A stretch of DNA of 64,000 bases from Pseudomonadota bacterium (GTDB lineage: Bacteria > Pseudomonadota > Alphaproteobacteria > Micropepsales > Micropepsaceae), in NCBI GenBank assembly GCA_016201105.1, contig JACQDN010000015.1, positions 13,949-77,948 on the forward strand. The letters are read 5' to 3'. Positions 39,380-47,456 of the stretch are shown in pieces (the stretch's first letter is position 1; each line of letters starts with the position of its first letter). Both the position numbers and the translations under genes were made by a program. Below the pieces are notes generated by a model. The model was not told where the DNA came from. It ran no database searches and worked only from the letters and a program-made list of their open reading frames with translations.

Positions 39380-40504
39380 TCAAACGGGGCGCCTGTAGCG
39401 GTGCGGAACGAACGGCATCGGCGCCACCCGCGCCGGCAGCGCTTTGCCGCGCACCATCAGATCGATTTCCGTTCCGTCATTGGCGAACGCGGTTTCGACG
39501 TAACCCATGGCCATGGGCCCGTTCAGGCTCGGCCCGAAGCCGCCGCTGGTGATCTTACCGATGACGCGGCCGTTTTTGTCGGCGATCTCGGTGCCTTCGC
39601 GCGCGGGCGCTTTGCCGACGGGCAGAATGCCGATGCGCTTGCGCTTCGTGCCGGTGAAGACCGCGTCCATAATCTTCTCGGCGGCCGGAAAATCCTTATC
39701 CATTTTGCGGCGCTTGCCGATGGACCAAACAAGGCTCGCTTCCACCGGATCGGTCGTCTCGTCGATGTCGTGGCCGTAGAGACAGAGCCCGGCTTCCAGG
39801 CGCAGCGAGTCGCGCGCGCCCAAACCTATGGGGGCAACTTCCGGCTCCTTCAGCAGCGCGCGCGCCACACGCTCCGCGTCTTTGCCTTCGATGGAAATTT
39901 CAAAGCCGTCTTCGCCTGTGTAACCGGAACGGCTGACGATGGCAGGAGCGTTGGCGACGGTCGCGCGCACCACCTTCATGAAAGTGAGCTTGTCGATGCC
40001 GGGTGAAACTCGGTCCAGCACCTTGCCCGCCATGGGACCTTGCAGGGCGAGCAGCGCGCGGTCGAACCGCGTGGTCACCGTCGCGGCGCCCTTCAGCCTG
40101 TCGGCGATGTATTTGTAGTCGCCGTCCTTCGTTCCCGCGTTGACGACCAGATACATGTCGCGCTCGCCGGCGAGGCGCGAGAACATGAAATCGTCCTTGA
40201 TGGTGCCGGAATCGTTCAGCAGCAGCCCGTAGCGCTGCATGCCGTCCTTGAGGCTCTGCACGTCGGCGGGCGTCACGCGCTCCAAGGCCTTGCCAGGATT
40301 GTCGCCCGCGAGGAACGCCTGGCCCATGTGCGAGACGTCGAACAGTCCGGCCTTCTCGCGAGCATGCAGATGTTCTTTCAGGATTCCGGTCGGGTACTGC
40401 ACCGGCATCTCGTAACCGGCGAACGGCACCATCTTGCCGCCCAGCTCCAGATGGAGCGCGTAGAGCGGCGTGCGCTGCAGATTTTCGTTCGCGGTGTCTG
40501 TCAT
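39380..40504 (-). CDS. gcvT: glycine cleavage system aminomethyltransferase T
   Basis: Trimmed to ATG 40504 (MTDTANENLQRTPLYALHLELGGKMVPFAGYEMPVQY). Confidence 0.95.
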   Translation of the reverse strand: MTDTANENLQRTPLYALHLELGGKMVPFAGYEMPVQYPTGILKEHLHAREKAGLFDVSHMGQAFLAGDNPGKALERVTPADVQSLKDGMQRYGLLLNDSGTIKDDFMFSRLAGERDMYLVVNAGTKDGDYKYIADRLKGAATVTTRFDRALLALQGPMAGKVLDRVSPGIDKLTFMKVVRATVANAPAIVSRSGYTGEDGFEISIEGKDAERVARALLKEPEVAPIGLGARDSLRLEAGLCLYGHDIDETTDPVEASLVWSIGKRRKMDKDFPAAEKIMDAVFTGTKRKRIGILPVGKAPAREGTEIADKNGRVIGKITSGGFGPSLNGPMAMGYVETAFANDGTEIDLMVRGKALPARVAPMPFVPHRYRRPV

Positions 40505-40556
40505 GTCGGTCCGGCCAAGAGGTTGAAACGCGCAGGTTCGCAACACGCGAATCCGC

Positions 40557-40758
40557 GCCCCTCTGTCATCGGACCTGAGAGATTTCCCCGTGCCGCCGCC
40601 TCCAATTTGGTGTCGGCCGGGTTACCCCTTCGGTGGGTACGGCCAACTGCGCCGTCCCGCTTTCCAGAATGTCATCTCCTTCGCGGTCCTTTTGCCTGAG
40701 AGTTTCCGGGGCGGTTGCTCCTTCGGCTCCGGGTCTTCACCGGTATCTCCCGCGAGGG
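40557..40758 (-). promoter_or_regulatory. tandem glycine riboswitch
   Basis: The minus strand holds two aptamers. Aptamer 1: GGGAGAUACCGGUGAAGACCCGGAGCCGAAGGAGCAACCGCCCCGGAAACUCUCAGGCAAAAGGACCG. Aptamer 2: CUGGAAAGCGGGACGG...CCCACCGAAGGGGUAACCCGG...GGGGAAAUCUCUCAGGUCCGAUGACAGAG. These carry the conserved glycine-aptamer cores, directly upstream of gcvT. Confidence 0.88.
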
Positions 40759-40812
40759 ATCATGTGATCGCCGTCCACATGCGCCTCACGGCGGACGAGA
40801 ACGTTGATAGGC

Positions 40813-40840
40813 ATCATAAGGGGCAAGGGGGGGGAGTCAA
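40813..40840 (-). promoter_or_regulatory. candidate promoter of the riboswitch-gcvTHPAPB operon
   Basis: The minus strand reads TTGACT (40840-40835), a 16-nt spacer, then TATGAT (40818-40813). This is about 50 nt upstream of aptamer 1. Confidence 0.45.
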
Positions 40841-40868
40841 CGAAAGTGACCAAAAGAAGCGGATTTGC

Positions 40869-40916
40869 TCACATTCTATTCGAACGGAAGCTTGAGAATC
40901 GAGCTGGAACTTGCAT
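40869..40916 (-). pseudogene. remnant of a MazF/PemK-like toxin start (about 16 codons, frameshifted)
   Basis: An ATG overlaps the antitoxin stop (TGATG). Frame 0 reads MQVPARFSSFRSNRM*. A neighbouring frame reads ..SSILKLPFE*. Together they resemble the MazF N-terminal V-P-x-R-G-D-I-x-x-x-x-F-x-P block. Nothing longer is left. Confidence 0.35.
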
Positions 40917-41032
40917 CAAATAAGTTCGCGACCAACGGGATCGCCAGCTGCCCAGGCGTAATCCTCTTGACTCGGTGCAACGGCATCGCACTGCGCCAAC
41001 AGCTCATCAAGCGTGTAACGTTTGCGGGTCGT
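40916..41032 (-). pseudogene. 3' fragment of an AbrB/MazE/SpoVT-family antitoxin gene
   Basis: The minus strand reads TTRKRYTLDELLAQCDAVAPSQEDYAWAAGDPVGRELI*. This is the typical C-terminal tail of AbrB-fold antitoxins. The N-terminal DNA-binding half is missing, and the frame runs straight into repeat copy B. Confidence 0.55.
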
Positions 41033-41034
41033 TC

Positions 41035-41218
41035 TACCCTCCCCTTGAGGGAGGGTCGAAAAATTTGCGAGCGAAGCGAGCGGATTTTTCGGGGAGGGGT
41101 TATGCCGTGACATCTCCCCGACGACGCTGCATTCGGAACGAAATTTTCTCCGTCGCGGCATGACCCCTCCCCGAAATTTGCGTTCCGCAAATTTCGACCC
41201 TCCCTCAAGGGGAGGGTC
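41035..41218. repeat. nested-palindrome intergenic repeat, copy B (with extra palindromic insert in the centre)
   Basis: Reads TACCCTCCC-CTTGA-GGGAGGGTC, GAAAAATTTGCG..CGGATTTTTC, GGGGAGGGG, a 64-nt centre (ATGCCGTGAC...GTCGCGGCAT stem), CCCCTCCCC, GAAATTTGCG-TTC-CGCAAATTTC, GACCCTCCC-TCAAG-GGGAGGGTC. It ends 8 nt before the argS stop. Confidence 0.85.
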
Positions 41219-41226
41219 TACGCATA

Positions 41227-42990
41227 TCACATCCTTGCGGGAACCTCGATTCCCAGCAGATCCAGCACCTTGGAGAGTGTCTTCAATGTGAGTTCGCAAA
41301 GCCCGAGCCGGGCCGCGCGCAACGCCGTATCGGCTTCGGAAAGAATGTGATGCTCGGAATAAAAGCGGCTGAACTCCTGCGCCAGCGTGAACGCGTAGTC
41401 GCAGAGCATATTCGGCGCGCGGCGCTCCTCGGCCGTTGTCATCACGTCGGGCAGCGACAGCAACTGTAGGGCGAGCTTCCTCTCCTCGGCGGAACGAACC
41501 ACCGGCGCGCCGGTCTTGTGTCCCTCCTCCGCCGCTTTGCGCAGAATCGATTGGATACGCACGGCGGCGTATTGCAGGTACGGCCCCGTCTTGCCCTCGA
41601 ACTTGGAGAAGCGCGCAAGGTCGAAAATGTAGTCCGTCAGCCGGTAGTTGGAGAGATCGGCGAATTTGAGCGTGGCGATACCGACCATCTTGGCGATCGA
41701 GGCACGTTCCTCGGCGGAATAGTCCGCGCCGAGACCGGCCTCCGTGAGGCGCTTATCCGCCTCCTCCGTCACCATCGCGATGAGGTCGTAAAGCTTCATC
41801 ACCCCGCCTTCGCGGGTCTTGAACGGTTTGCCATCCGGCCCGTTCATGGTGCCGAAGCCGGCGTGCTCGAGTTCGGCTTTGCCGTTCAGCCCGGCTTTGC
41901 GCGCGGCGCGGAAGACCTGTTCGAAGTGCTGATGCTGGCGTTGGTCGACCACATACAGAATGAGATCGGGATTCTGCGAGCGCACGCGATCGACGATCGT
42001 CGCAAGGTCGGTGCTGCCGTAGAGCACCGCGCCGTCCGATTTCACGAGGATCAGCGGGGGCATTTCCTTCTTGTCGCCGTTCCGGGCCACGCGAATTACC
42101 AGCGCGCCCTCACTCTCTTCCGCAACGTGGCGCGCGTTGAGATCCTCGATCATCGGCGCCATCAGCGGCTCGACGCTGGCTTCGCCTTTCCACAAATCGA
42201 AATGGATGCCGAGGCTTCCCCATTCGCGTTCAAGACCGATCCGCGACACCGCGAAAAAGTGCTGCCACAAGGCGCGGTAGCCGTGACGTCCGGCCTGCAG
42301 CTCAGCCGTTGCCTTGCGGGCCTCCTCCAGCCGCGCGGGATCGGCTTTGCACGCGGCCGACGCCGCGGGATAAATCTCCTCAAGATCGTCCATCGTGACC
42401 GGGCTTTCGCCCGGATACGGCCCGGTGAAATTCGGATCGAAATAGATGGGCGCGAGGCCGCGATGTCCGATCTCGGAGATCAGCTGGCCCATCTGAAGGC
42501 CCCAGTCGCCCAGATGCACGTCGCTGACGACATTCCATCCATTGGCGCGGAAGAGACGCTGCAGGCTGTCGCCGATCACCGAGGAGCGCAGATGCCCCAC
42601 ATGCATGGGCTTGGCGACGTTCGCGCCGCCGAAATCGATGACGGCCGCCTTGCCTGTACCGGCTTGCGGCGCGCCAAGGCGCGTATCCTTCGCCGCCGCG
42701 CCCACGCGACTTTCCAGCGCTGCGTCGGTCACGTCGAGATTGATGAACCCGGGGCCCGCGATCTCAACCTTGGCGAAGAGCGGATTGGTTTTCAGCCGGG
42801 CCGCGATCTTCTCGGCGATCGCGCGCGGATTGGCCTTGGCCTGCTTGGCCGCGGGCAACGCACCATTGCACTGGAATTGCGCAAGATCCGGCCGGTCCGA
42901 AATCTGCACCACGCCGAGCTCGGGCGACAGCCCTTCGGCGGCGAACGCCGCTTGCGCGACCGCCGTCAGCTCCACGGCCAGCGAAGTCAT
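41227..42990 (-). CDS. argS: arginine--tRNA ligase
   Basis: 587 aa. HIGH-type motif (ANVAKPMHVGHLRS) and an anticodon-binding C-terminus. Confidence 0.97.
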   Translation of the reverse strand: MTSLAVELTAVAQAAFAAEGLSPELGVVQISDRPDLAQFQCNGALPAAKQAKANPRAIAEKIAARLKTNPLFAKVEIAGPGFINLDVTDAALESRVGAAAKDTRLGAPQAGTGKAAVIDFGGANVAKPMHVGHLRSSVIGDSLQRLFRANGWNVVSDVHLGDWGLQMGQLISEIGHRGLAPIYFDPNFTGPYPGESPVTMDDLEEIYPAASAACKADPARLEEARKATAELQAGRHGYRALWQHFFAVSRIGLEREWGSLGIHFDLWKGEASVEPLMAPMIEDLNARHVAEESEGALVIRVARNGDKKEMPPLILVKSDGAVLYGSTDLATIVDRVRSQNPDLILYVVDQRQHQHFEQVFRAARKAGLNGKAELEHAGFGTMNGPDGKPFKTREGGVMKLYDLIAMVTEEADKRLTEAGLGADYSAEERASIAKMVGIATLKFADLSNYRLTDYIFDLARFSKFEGKTGPYLQYAAVRIQSILRKAAEEGHKTGAPVVRSAEERKLALQLLSLPDVMTTAEERRAPNMLCDYAFTLAQEFSRFYSEHHILSEADTALRAARLGLCELTLKTLSKVLDLLGIEVPARM

Positions 42991-43520
42991 TGCGCGTAGC
43001 GCCCGTGCGCCTGATTGTATTCGAGCTGCTCTTTGGTGAGCTGCAGGCCGACGAGAACCTGATAGTCGATCGCGTGCTTGTCGCGATCGACGTTGATCAC
43101 GACGGAATCGATGTCCTGGTCAACTTTGGTGACGGTCTCGCCGGCCTGGAAGGAGACTTGCACCATGTAGGGCTTCTTGGAGACGACCTTGCCGGCCTGG
43201 GCCACGGCCACGAAGAACGGCACGGTGTAAGTCGCAGCCTCGCCGCTGCTCGAACGGGTGGCGCGGAACTTGATTTCGACGTCTTCCTCGGAGGTGCGGT
43301 CCTCCTCACTCAAACGGCAGGTCGACGTCACCTTGCCAAGCTGCACGGTGTAAAGCTCATTGGCGGGATCGGGCGCCGTGCCGTCCCGCATGATGGAAAC
43401 AATGGAGGCCGAGGCCAGCATCGACGTATCGGGGCAGTTTTCGGGCCGGTCGCCGCCGCAGGAGGAAAGCGCGAAGGCCGATACAAGCAGAAGAGCGACG
43501 GGCAGAACTGAAGAACGCAT
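42987..43520 (-). CDS. lipoprotein of unknown function
   Basis: Trimmed to ATG 43520, giving MRSSVLPVALLLVSAFALSSC (lipobox). 4-nt overlap with the argS start. Confidence 0.7.
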   Translation of the reverse strand: MRSSVLPVALLLVSAFALSSCGGDRPENCPDTSMLASASIVSIMRDGTAPDPANELYTVQLGKVTSTCRLSEEDRTSEEDVEIKFRATRSSSGEAATYTVPFFVAVAQAGKVVSKKPYMVQVSFQAGETVTKVDQDIDSVVINVDRDKHAIDYQVLVGLQLTKEQLEYNQAHGRYAQ

Positions 43521-43713
43521 CGATTTGTGACCTGTTGATGGGCCGAATGAGAGCGGCGAATTGCCCTTCGTTTCAATTGCAGCAGCCCAAAACAGCGCCT
43601 GAACTGTGGTGACAGGGGCGGACTTGGGCTGCTCCGCTTGACTTTCTGGGGCGCACGACCGTCTTCTCGGCGGGCGTCGAAAAGGCGCCGGAATGTAGCC
43701 AAGCGAGTTGTTA

Positions 43714-44679
43714 ATGGGAAGCGCAGGAACTTCGCGCGAAAAGCCGCGGCTGACGCTGCTGCTTGCGGCGCCCCGCGGCTTCTGTGCCGGGGTGGATCGG
43801 GCCATCCGAATCGTCGAACTCGCCATCCAGAAGTACGGCCCCCCGATCTATGTGCGCCACGAGATCGTCCATAACCGCTTCGTGGTGGAACGGCTGGAAA
43901 AGATGGGCGCAGTGTTCATCGACGAACTGTCCGAGGCCCCTTCCGACGCGCGGGTGATCTTTTCGGCGCATGGTGTACCGAAGTCCGTTCCCGCGGATGC
44001 GACCCGGCGCAATCTTTTCTATCTCGATGCCACCTGCCCGCTCGTCTCCAAAGTCCATGTCGAGGCCGAGCGGCATTACAAAGCTGGAAATGAGATCGTG
44101 CTGATCGGCCATGCCGGGCATCCCGAGGTGGAAGGCACGATGGGCCAGCTTCCGGACGGCGCCATCACGCTGGTGGAGACCGTCGCAGACGCCGAACGCT
44201 TCATGCCGAGCGATCCTTCCCGCGTCGCCTACATCACCCAGACGACGCTTTCGGTCGACGACACCGCGGACATCGTCGCCGCCCTGCGCCGCCGCTTTCC
44301 CTCGGTGCGCATGCCGCACAAGGAAGACATCTGTTATGCGACGACCAACCGCCAGGACGCGATGAAAGCCATCGCGCCGGGCACCGATATGGTGCTGGTG
44401 ATCGGGGCGCCGAACTCGTCCAATTCCATGCGTCTGGTGGAAGTCGCCAAACGCGCCGGCGCCAGGGACGCGGCGCTCATTCAGCGGGCCTGCGATATCG
44501 ACTGGACCAAGTTCGCAGGTGCCAAGGCAGTCGGGCTTTCTGCCGGCGCCTCCGCACCGGAAGTCCTCATGGAAGAGGTCATCGCCGCCTTTCGCGAGCG
44601 CTTTGCGCTTGAAGTGAGGGAAATCACTGTCACGCGAGAAGATGTTGCGTTCAACGTTCCGCGGGCTCTTGCTTCGTAA
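43714..44679 (+). CDS. ispH: 4-hydroxy-3-methylbut-2-enyl diphosphate reductase
   Basis: [17 protein letters not shown]...[10 protein letters not shown]...ICYATTNRQ, with the three conserved Cys. The track start is TTG 43708; the first ATG is 43714. Confidence 0.95.
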   Translation: MGSAGTSREKPRLTLLLAAPRGFCAGVDRAIRIVELAIQKYGPPIYVRHEIVHNRFVVERLEKMGAVFIDELSEAPSDARVIFSAHGVPKSVPADATRRNLFYLDATCPLVSKVHVEAERHYKAGNEIVLIGHAGHPEVEGTMGQLPDGAITLVETVADAERFMPSDPSRVAYITQTTLSVDDTADIVAALRRRFPSVRMPHKEDICYATTNRQDAMKAIAPGTDMVLVIGAPNSSNSMRLVEVAKRAGARDAALIQRACDIDWTKFAGAKAVGLSAGASAPEVLMEEVIAAFRERFALEVREITVTREDVAFNVPRALAS

Positions 44680-44684
44680 CGCCC

Positions 44685-45644
44685 ATGGCCGTTTACACCG
44701 ACGTTTCGTTCGAAGATCTCGAAGAGTGCCTGAAGGCCTACGACGTCGGCACGCCCAAGAGCTTCAAGGGCATCGCCGAGGGCGTCGAGAACTCGAACTT
44801 CTTTCTGCAGACCGATCGCGGGTCGTTCGTCGTCACGCTCTACGAAAAGCGGGTGAGCGCGGGCGACCTGCCCTTCTTTCTGGGGTTGATGGAACACCTG
44901 GCGCAGCACGGCGTGTCATGCCCGCAGCCCGTGCGCAACAAAAACGGACGGCAATGGGCGATGCTGAACGGAAGACCGGCGGCGATCCTCACCTATCTCG
45001 ACGGCGTCTCGCTGCGGCGGCCCGAAGTTGCACAATGCGCCGAAGCCGGAAGCGCGCTGGCCAAGCTGCATGAGGCGGGCAGCGGTTTTGCCCTGCAGCG
45101 ACCTAACGCGCTGAGCCTGCAAGGCTGGCGCAAGCTTGCCGACACGACGCTGGCCAAAGCCGACAGCGTGTCCAAGGGCCTCGCCAACGCGATTTCCACC
45201 AGTCTTGCGCAAATCGAACGCGACTGGCCGCACGGGCTGCCAGCCGGCGTCATCCATGCCGATTTGTTTCCCGACAACGTTCTTTTCATGAGCGGCAAGA
45301 TCTCGGGCCTGATCGATTTCTATTTCGCCTGCAACGACGCTTATGCCTACGACCTCGCCATCATGCTGAACGCCTGGTGTTTCGAACCCGACGGCGCCTA
45401 CAACATCACCAAGAGCAGAGCGCTGGTGTCGTCTTACAGGCAGCATCGCGCGCTCGGCGCCGATGAGATTGCGGCGCTCCCACTGCTGGCGCGCGGCGCC
45501 GCCTTGCGCTTTCTCTTGACGCGCCTCCATGACTGGCTCAATCCCGACCCCATGGCGCTGGTGCGTCCCAAAGATCCCCGCGAGTTCGCCAAGAAGTTGC
45601 GCTTTCACATGCAGATCAAATCGCCGGCGGAGTACGGGCTTTGA
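44685..45644 (+). CDS. thrB: homoserine kinase (APH-fold, ThrB type II)
   Basis: [43 protein letters not shown]...[14 protein letters not shown]. Confidence 0.9.
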   Translation: MAVYTDVSFEDLEECLKAYDVGTPKSFKGIAEGVENSNFFLQTDRGSFVVTLYEKRVSAGDLPFFLGLMEHLAQHGVSCPQPVRNKNGRQWAMLNGRPAAILTYLDGVSLRRPEVAQCAEAGSALAKLHEAGSGFALQRPNALSLQGWRKLADTTLAKADSVSKGLANAISTSLAQIERDWPHGLPAGVIHADLFPDNVLFMSGKISGLIDFYFACNDAYAYDLAIMLNAWCFEPDGAYNITKSRALVSSYRQHRALGADEIAALPLLARGAALRFLLTRLHDWLNPDPMALVRPKDPREFAKKLRFHMQIKSPAEYGL

Positions 45645-46075
45645 GCGAAACTCGCATCGAGGTGTTCACCGATGGCGCCTGTTCGGGCAATCCCGGTCCC
45701 GGCGGCTGGGGTGCCATCCTGCGGTCCGGCGCGCATGAAAAGGAAATCTCGGGCGGCGAAGCGCACACCACCAACAACCGCATGGAAATCACCGCCGCCA
45801 TCCGCGCGCTGCAATCGATCAAGAAGCCGTCAAGCGTCGTGATCCATACCGACTCGCGCTATCTGATGGACGGCGCGACGCAATGGATGAAGCGCTGGAA
45901 AGCAAACGGCTGGAAAACCTCCGACAAGAAGCCGGTGAAAAACGACGAGCTCTGGCGGCAGCTGGAAGCAGCGATGGAACGCCACAACGTGTCATGGCGC
46001 TGGGTGCGCGGCCATTCCGATCACGCGGAGAACAACCGCGCGGACGCTCTGGCCCGCGCGGCGATTAACCGGTGA
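45641..46075 (+). CDS. rnhA: ribonuclease HI
   Basis: TTG start overlaps the thrB stop. [22 protein letters not shown]...[14 protein letters not shown]...HTDSRY...[18 protein letters not shown]. Confidence 0.93.
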   Translation: MSETRIEVFTDGACSGNPGPGGWGAILRSGAHEKEISGGEAHTTNNRMEITAAIRALQSIKKPSSVVIHTDSRYLMDGATQWMKRWKANGWKTSDKKPVKNDELWRQLEAAMERHNVSWRWVRGHSDHAENNRADALARAAINR

Positions 46076-46078
46076 GAC

Positions 46079-46216
46079 GACCCTCCCCGTGGGAGGGTCG
46101 AAATTCCGAACGAACGGAGTGAGTGAGGAATTTCGGGGAGGATGTGGAAGGAGATTCTTCTTCCTGATCCTCCCCGAAATTTGCTTCGCAAATTTCGACC
46201 CTCCCACAGGGAGGGT
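46079..46216. repeat. nested-palindrome intergenic repeat, copy C (cleanest copy)
   Basis: Reads GACCCTCCC-CGTG-GGAGGGTC, GAAATTCC-19nt-GGAATTTC, GGGGAGGA, a 25-nt centre (GGAAG..CTTCC), TCCTCCCC, GAAATTTGC-TTC-GCAAATTTC, GACCCTCCC-ACAG-GGAGGGT. It fills the whole rnhA/peroxiredoxin convergent spacer. Confidence 0.85.
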
Positions 46217-46222
46217 GGATTC

Positions 46223-46705
46223 TTAGAGTTGCTTCAGGACATGTTCGGCGCTGGAGACCGCGAAGGCGCCCGGCTCTTCGACGTTGAGCTGTTTCACCAC
46301 GCCGTTGTCAACGACCATGGAAAAACGCTGGCTGCGCTTGCCCATGCCGAAGCGCGACGCGTCCATTTCCAGGCCGAGCTGCTTGGTGAAATCGCCGTTG
46401 CCGTCGGCCAGCATTGCGACCTTGTCGCCCGTTCCCTGTTGATCGCCCCAAGCGCCCATCACGAATGCGTCATTGACCGAAAGGCAGGCGATCGCATCGA
46501 CACCCTTGTGCTTGATCGCGTCGGCATTCTGAATGAAGCCGGGAAGGTGCTTGGCGGAACAGGTGGGCGTGAACGCGCCGGGAAGCGCGAACAGCACGAC
46601 TTTCTTGCCGGCAAAGAAGTCGTCGGTTTTCACCGGCTGCGGCGTGCCGCCCTTCATCTGCATAAGCGTGCCGGACGGAACCTTGTCGCCTACCTTGATA
46701 GTCAT
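46223..46705 (-). CDS. Prx5-type (glutathione/thioredoxin-dependent) peroxiredoxin
   Basis: 160 aa. LFALPGAFTPTCSAKHLPGF peroxidatic Cys motif. Confidence 0.93.
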   Translation of the reverse strand: MTIKVGDKVPSGTLMQMKGGTPQPVKTDDFFAGKKVVLFALPGAFTPTCSAKHLPGFIQNADAIKHKGVDAIACLSVNDAFVMGAWGDQQGTGDKVAMLADGNGDFTKQLGLEMDASRFGMGKRSQRFSMVVDNGVVKQLNVEEPGAFAVSSAEHVLKQL

Positions 46706-46856
46706 TTTTCTCTCTCCTCGAATGGGGCTAACGGAAAAATCGCTCGGGGCTTTTAGCGCAGCGCGCCAATACCTGAAAGGGCGACCCGAAAGGGACAGCT
46801 AGCGGCTCCCGCTTTGCACATGTTTCACTGGCGAAAGCGGATCGAGGTGATAGCCT

Positions 46857-47456
46857 ATGCCTATGGGCTCAAAAGAGCATCCCCGCACCATCGAGGGCGA
46901 GAACTTCCTGGAAGGGAAACTGCTGATCGCACTTCCAGGCATGACCGATCCGCGTTTTGAGAAGAGCGTCGTCTTCATGTGCGCCCACTCCAACGAGGGC
47001 GCCATGGGCCTCATCATCAACAAGCCGATCGATGGATTGAATTTCCATGAGCTGCTGCGACGCCTCGAATTGCAGGTCCAGACCAACGCCCCTGATTTTC
47101 CCGTGCTGTTCGGCGGACCGGTGGAAACCGGCCGGGGCTTCGTGCTTCACACCAGCGAATATGAAGGGTCCGAAGCCACCCTTCCGGTCTCCGAAGACGT
47201 CTCGCTGACGGCGACGCTCGATATCCTGCGCGCCATGGCCGAAGGCAACGGGCCCGACAAAGCGATCTTCGCGTTGGGCTATGCCGGCTGGGGACCGGGC
47301 CAGATCGAGGACGAAATCCGCGTCAACGGCTGGGTTCATTGCGACGCGGACAATGCGATCTTGTTCGACGCCGCCGCGGACAGCAAATGGGCCGGCGCCT
47401 TGCGCAAGCTCGGAATCGACATCTCCGGCCTAACCGCCAACGCCGGACGCGCCTGA
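46857..47456 (+). CDS. YqgE/AlgH family (UPF0301) protein
   Basis: LLIALPGMTDPRFEKSVVFMCAHSNEGAMGLIINKP...GGPVETGRGFVLH. Confidence 0.88.
   Translation: MPMGSKEHPRTIEGENFLEGKLLIALPGMTDPRFEKSVVFMCAHSNEGAMGLIINKPIDGLNFHELLRRLELQVQTNAPDFPVLFGGPVETGRGFVLHTSEYEGSEATLPVSEDVSLTATLDILRAMAEGNGPDKAIFALGYAGWGPGQIEDEIRVNGWVHCDADNAILFDAAADSKWAGALRKLGIDISGLTANAGRA

Noticed and set aside
32818-46216. Whether the three repeat copies could be a degenerate CRISPR array or att sites of an island
   Set aside because: The copies are 8 and 5 kb apart and separated by core housekeeping genes (gcv, argS, ispH, thrB, rnhA). There are no cas genes and no integrase, and the units are palindromic rather than direct repeats.
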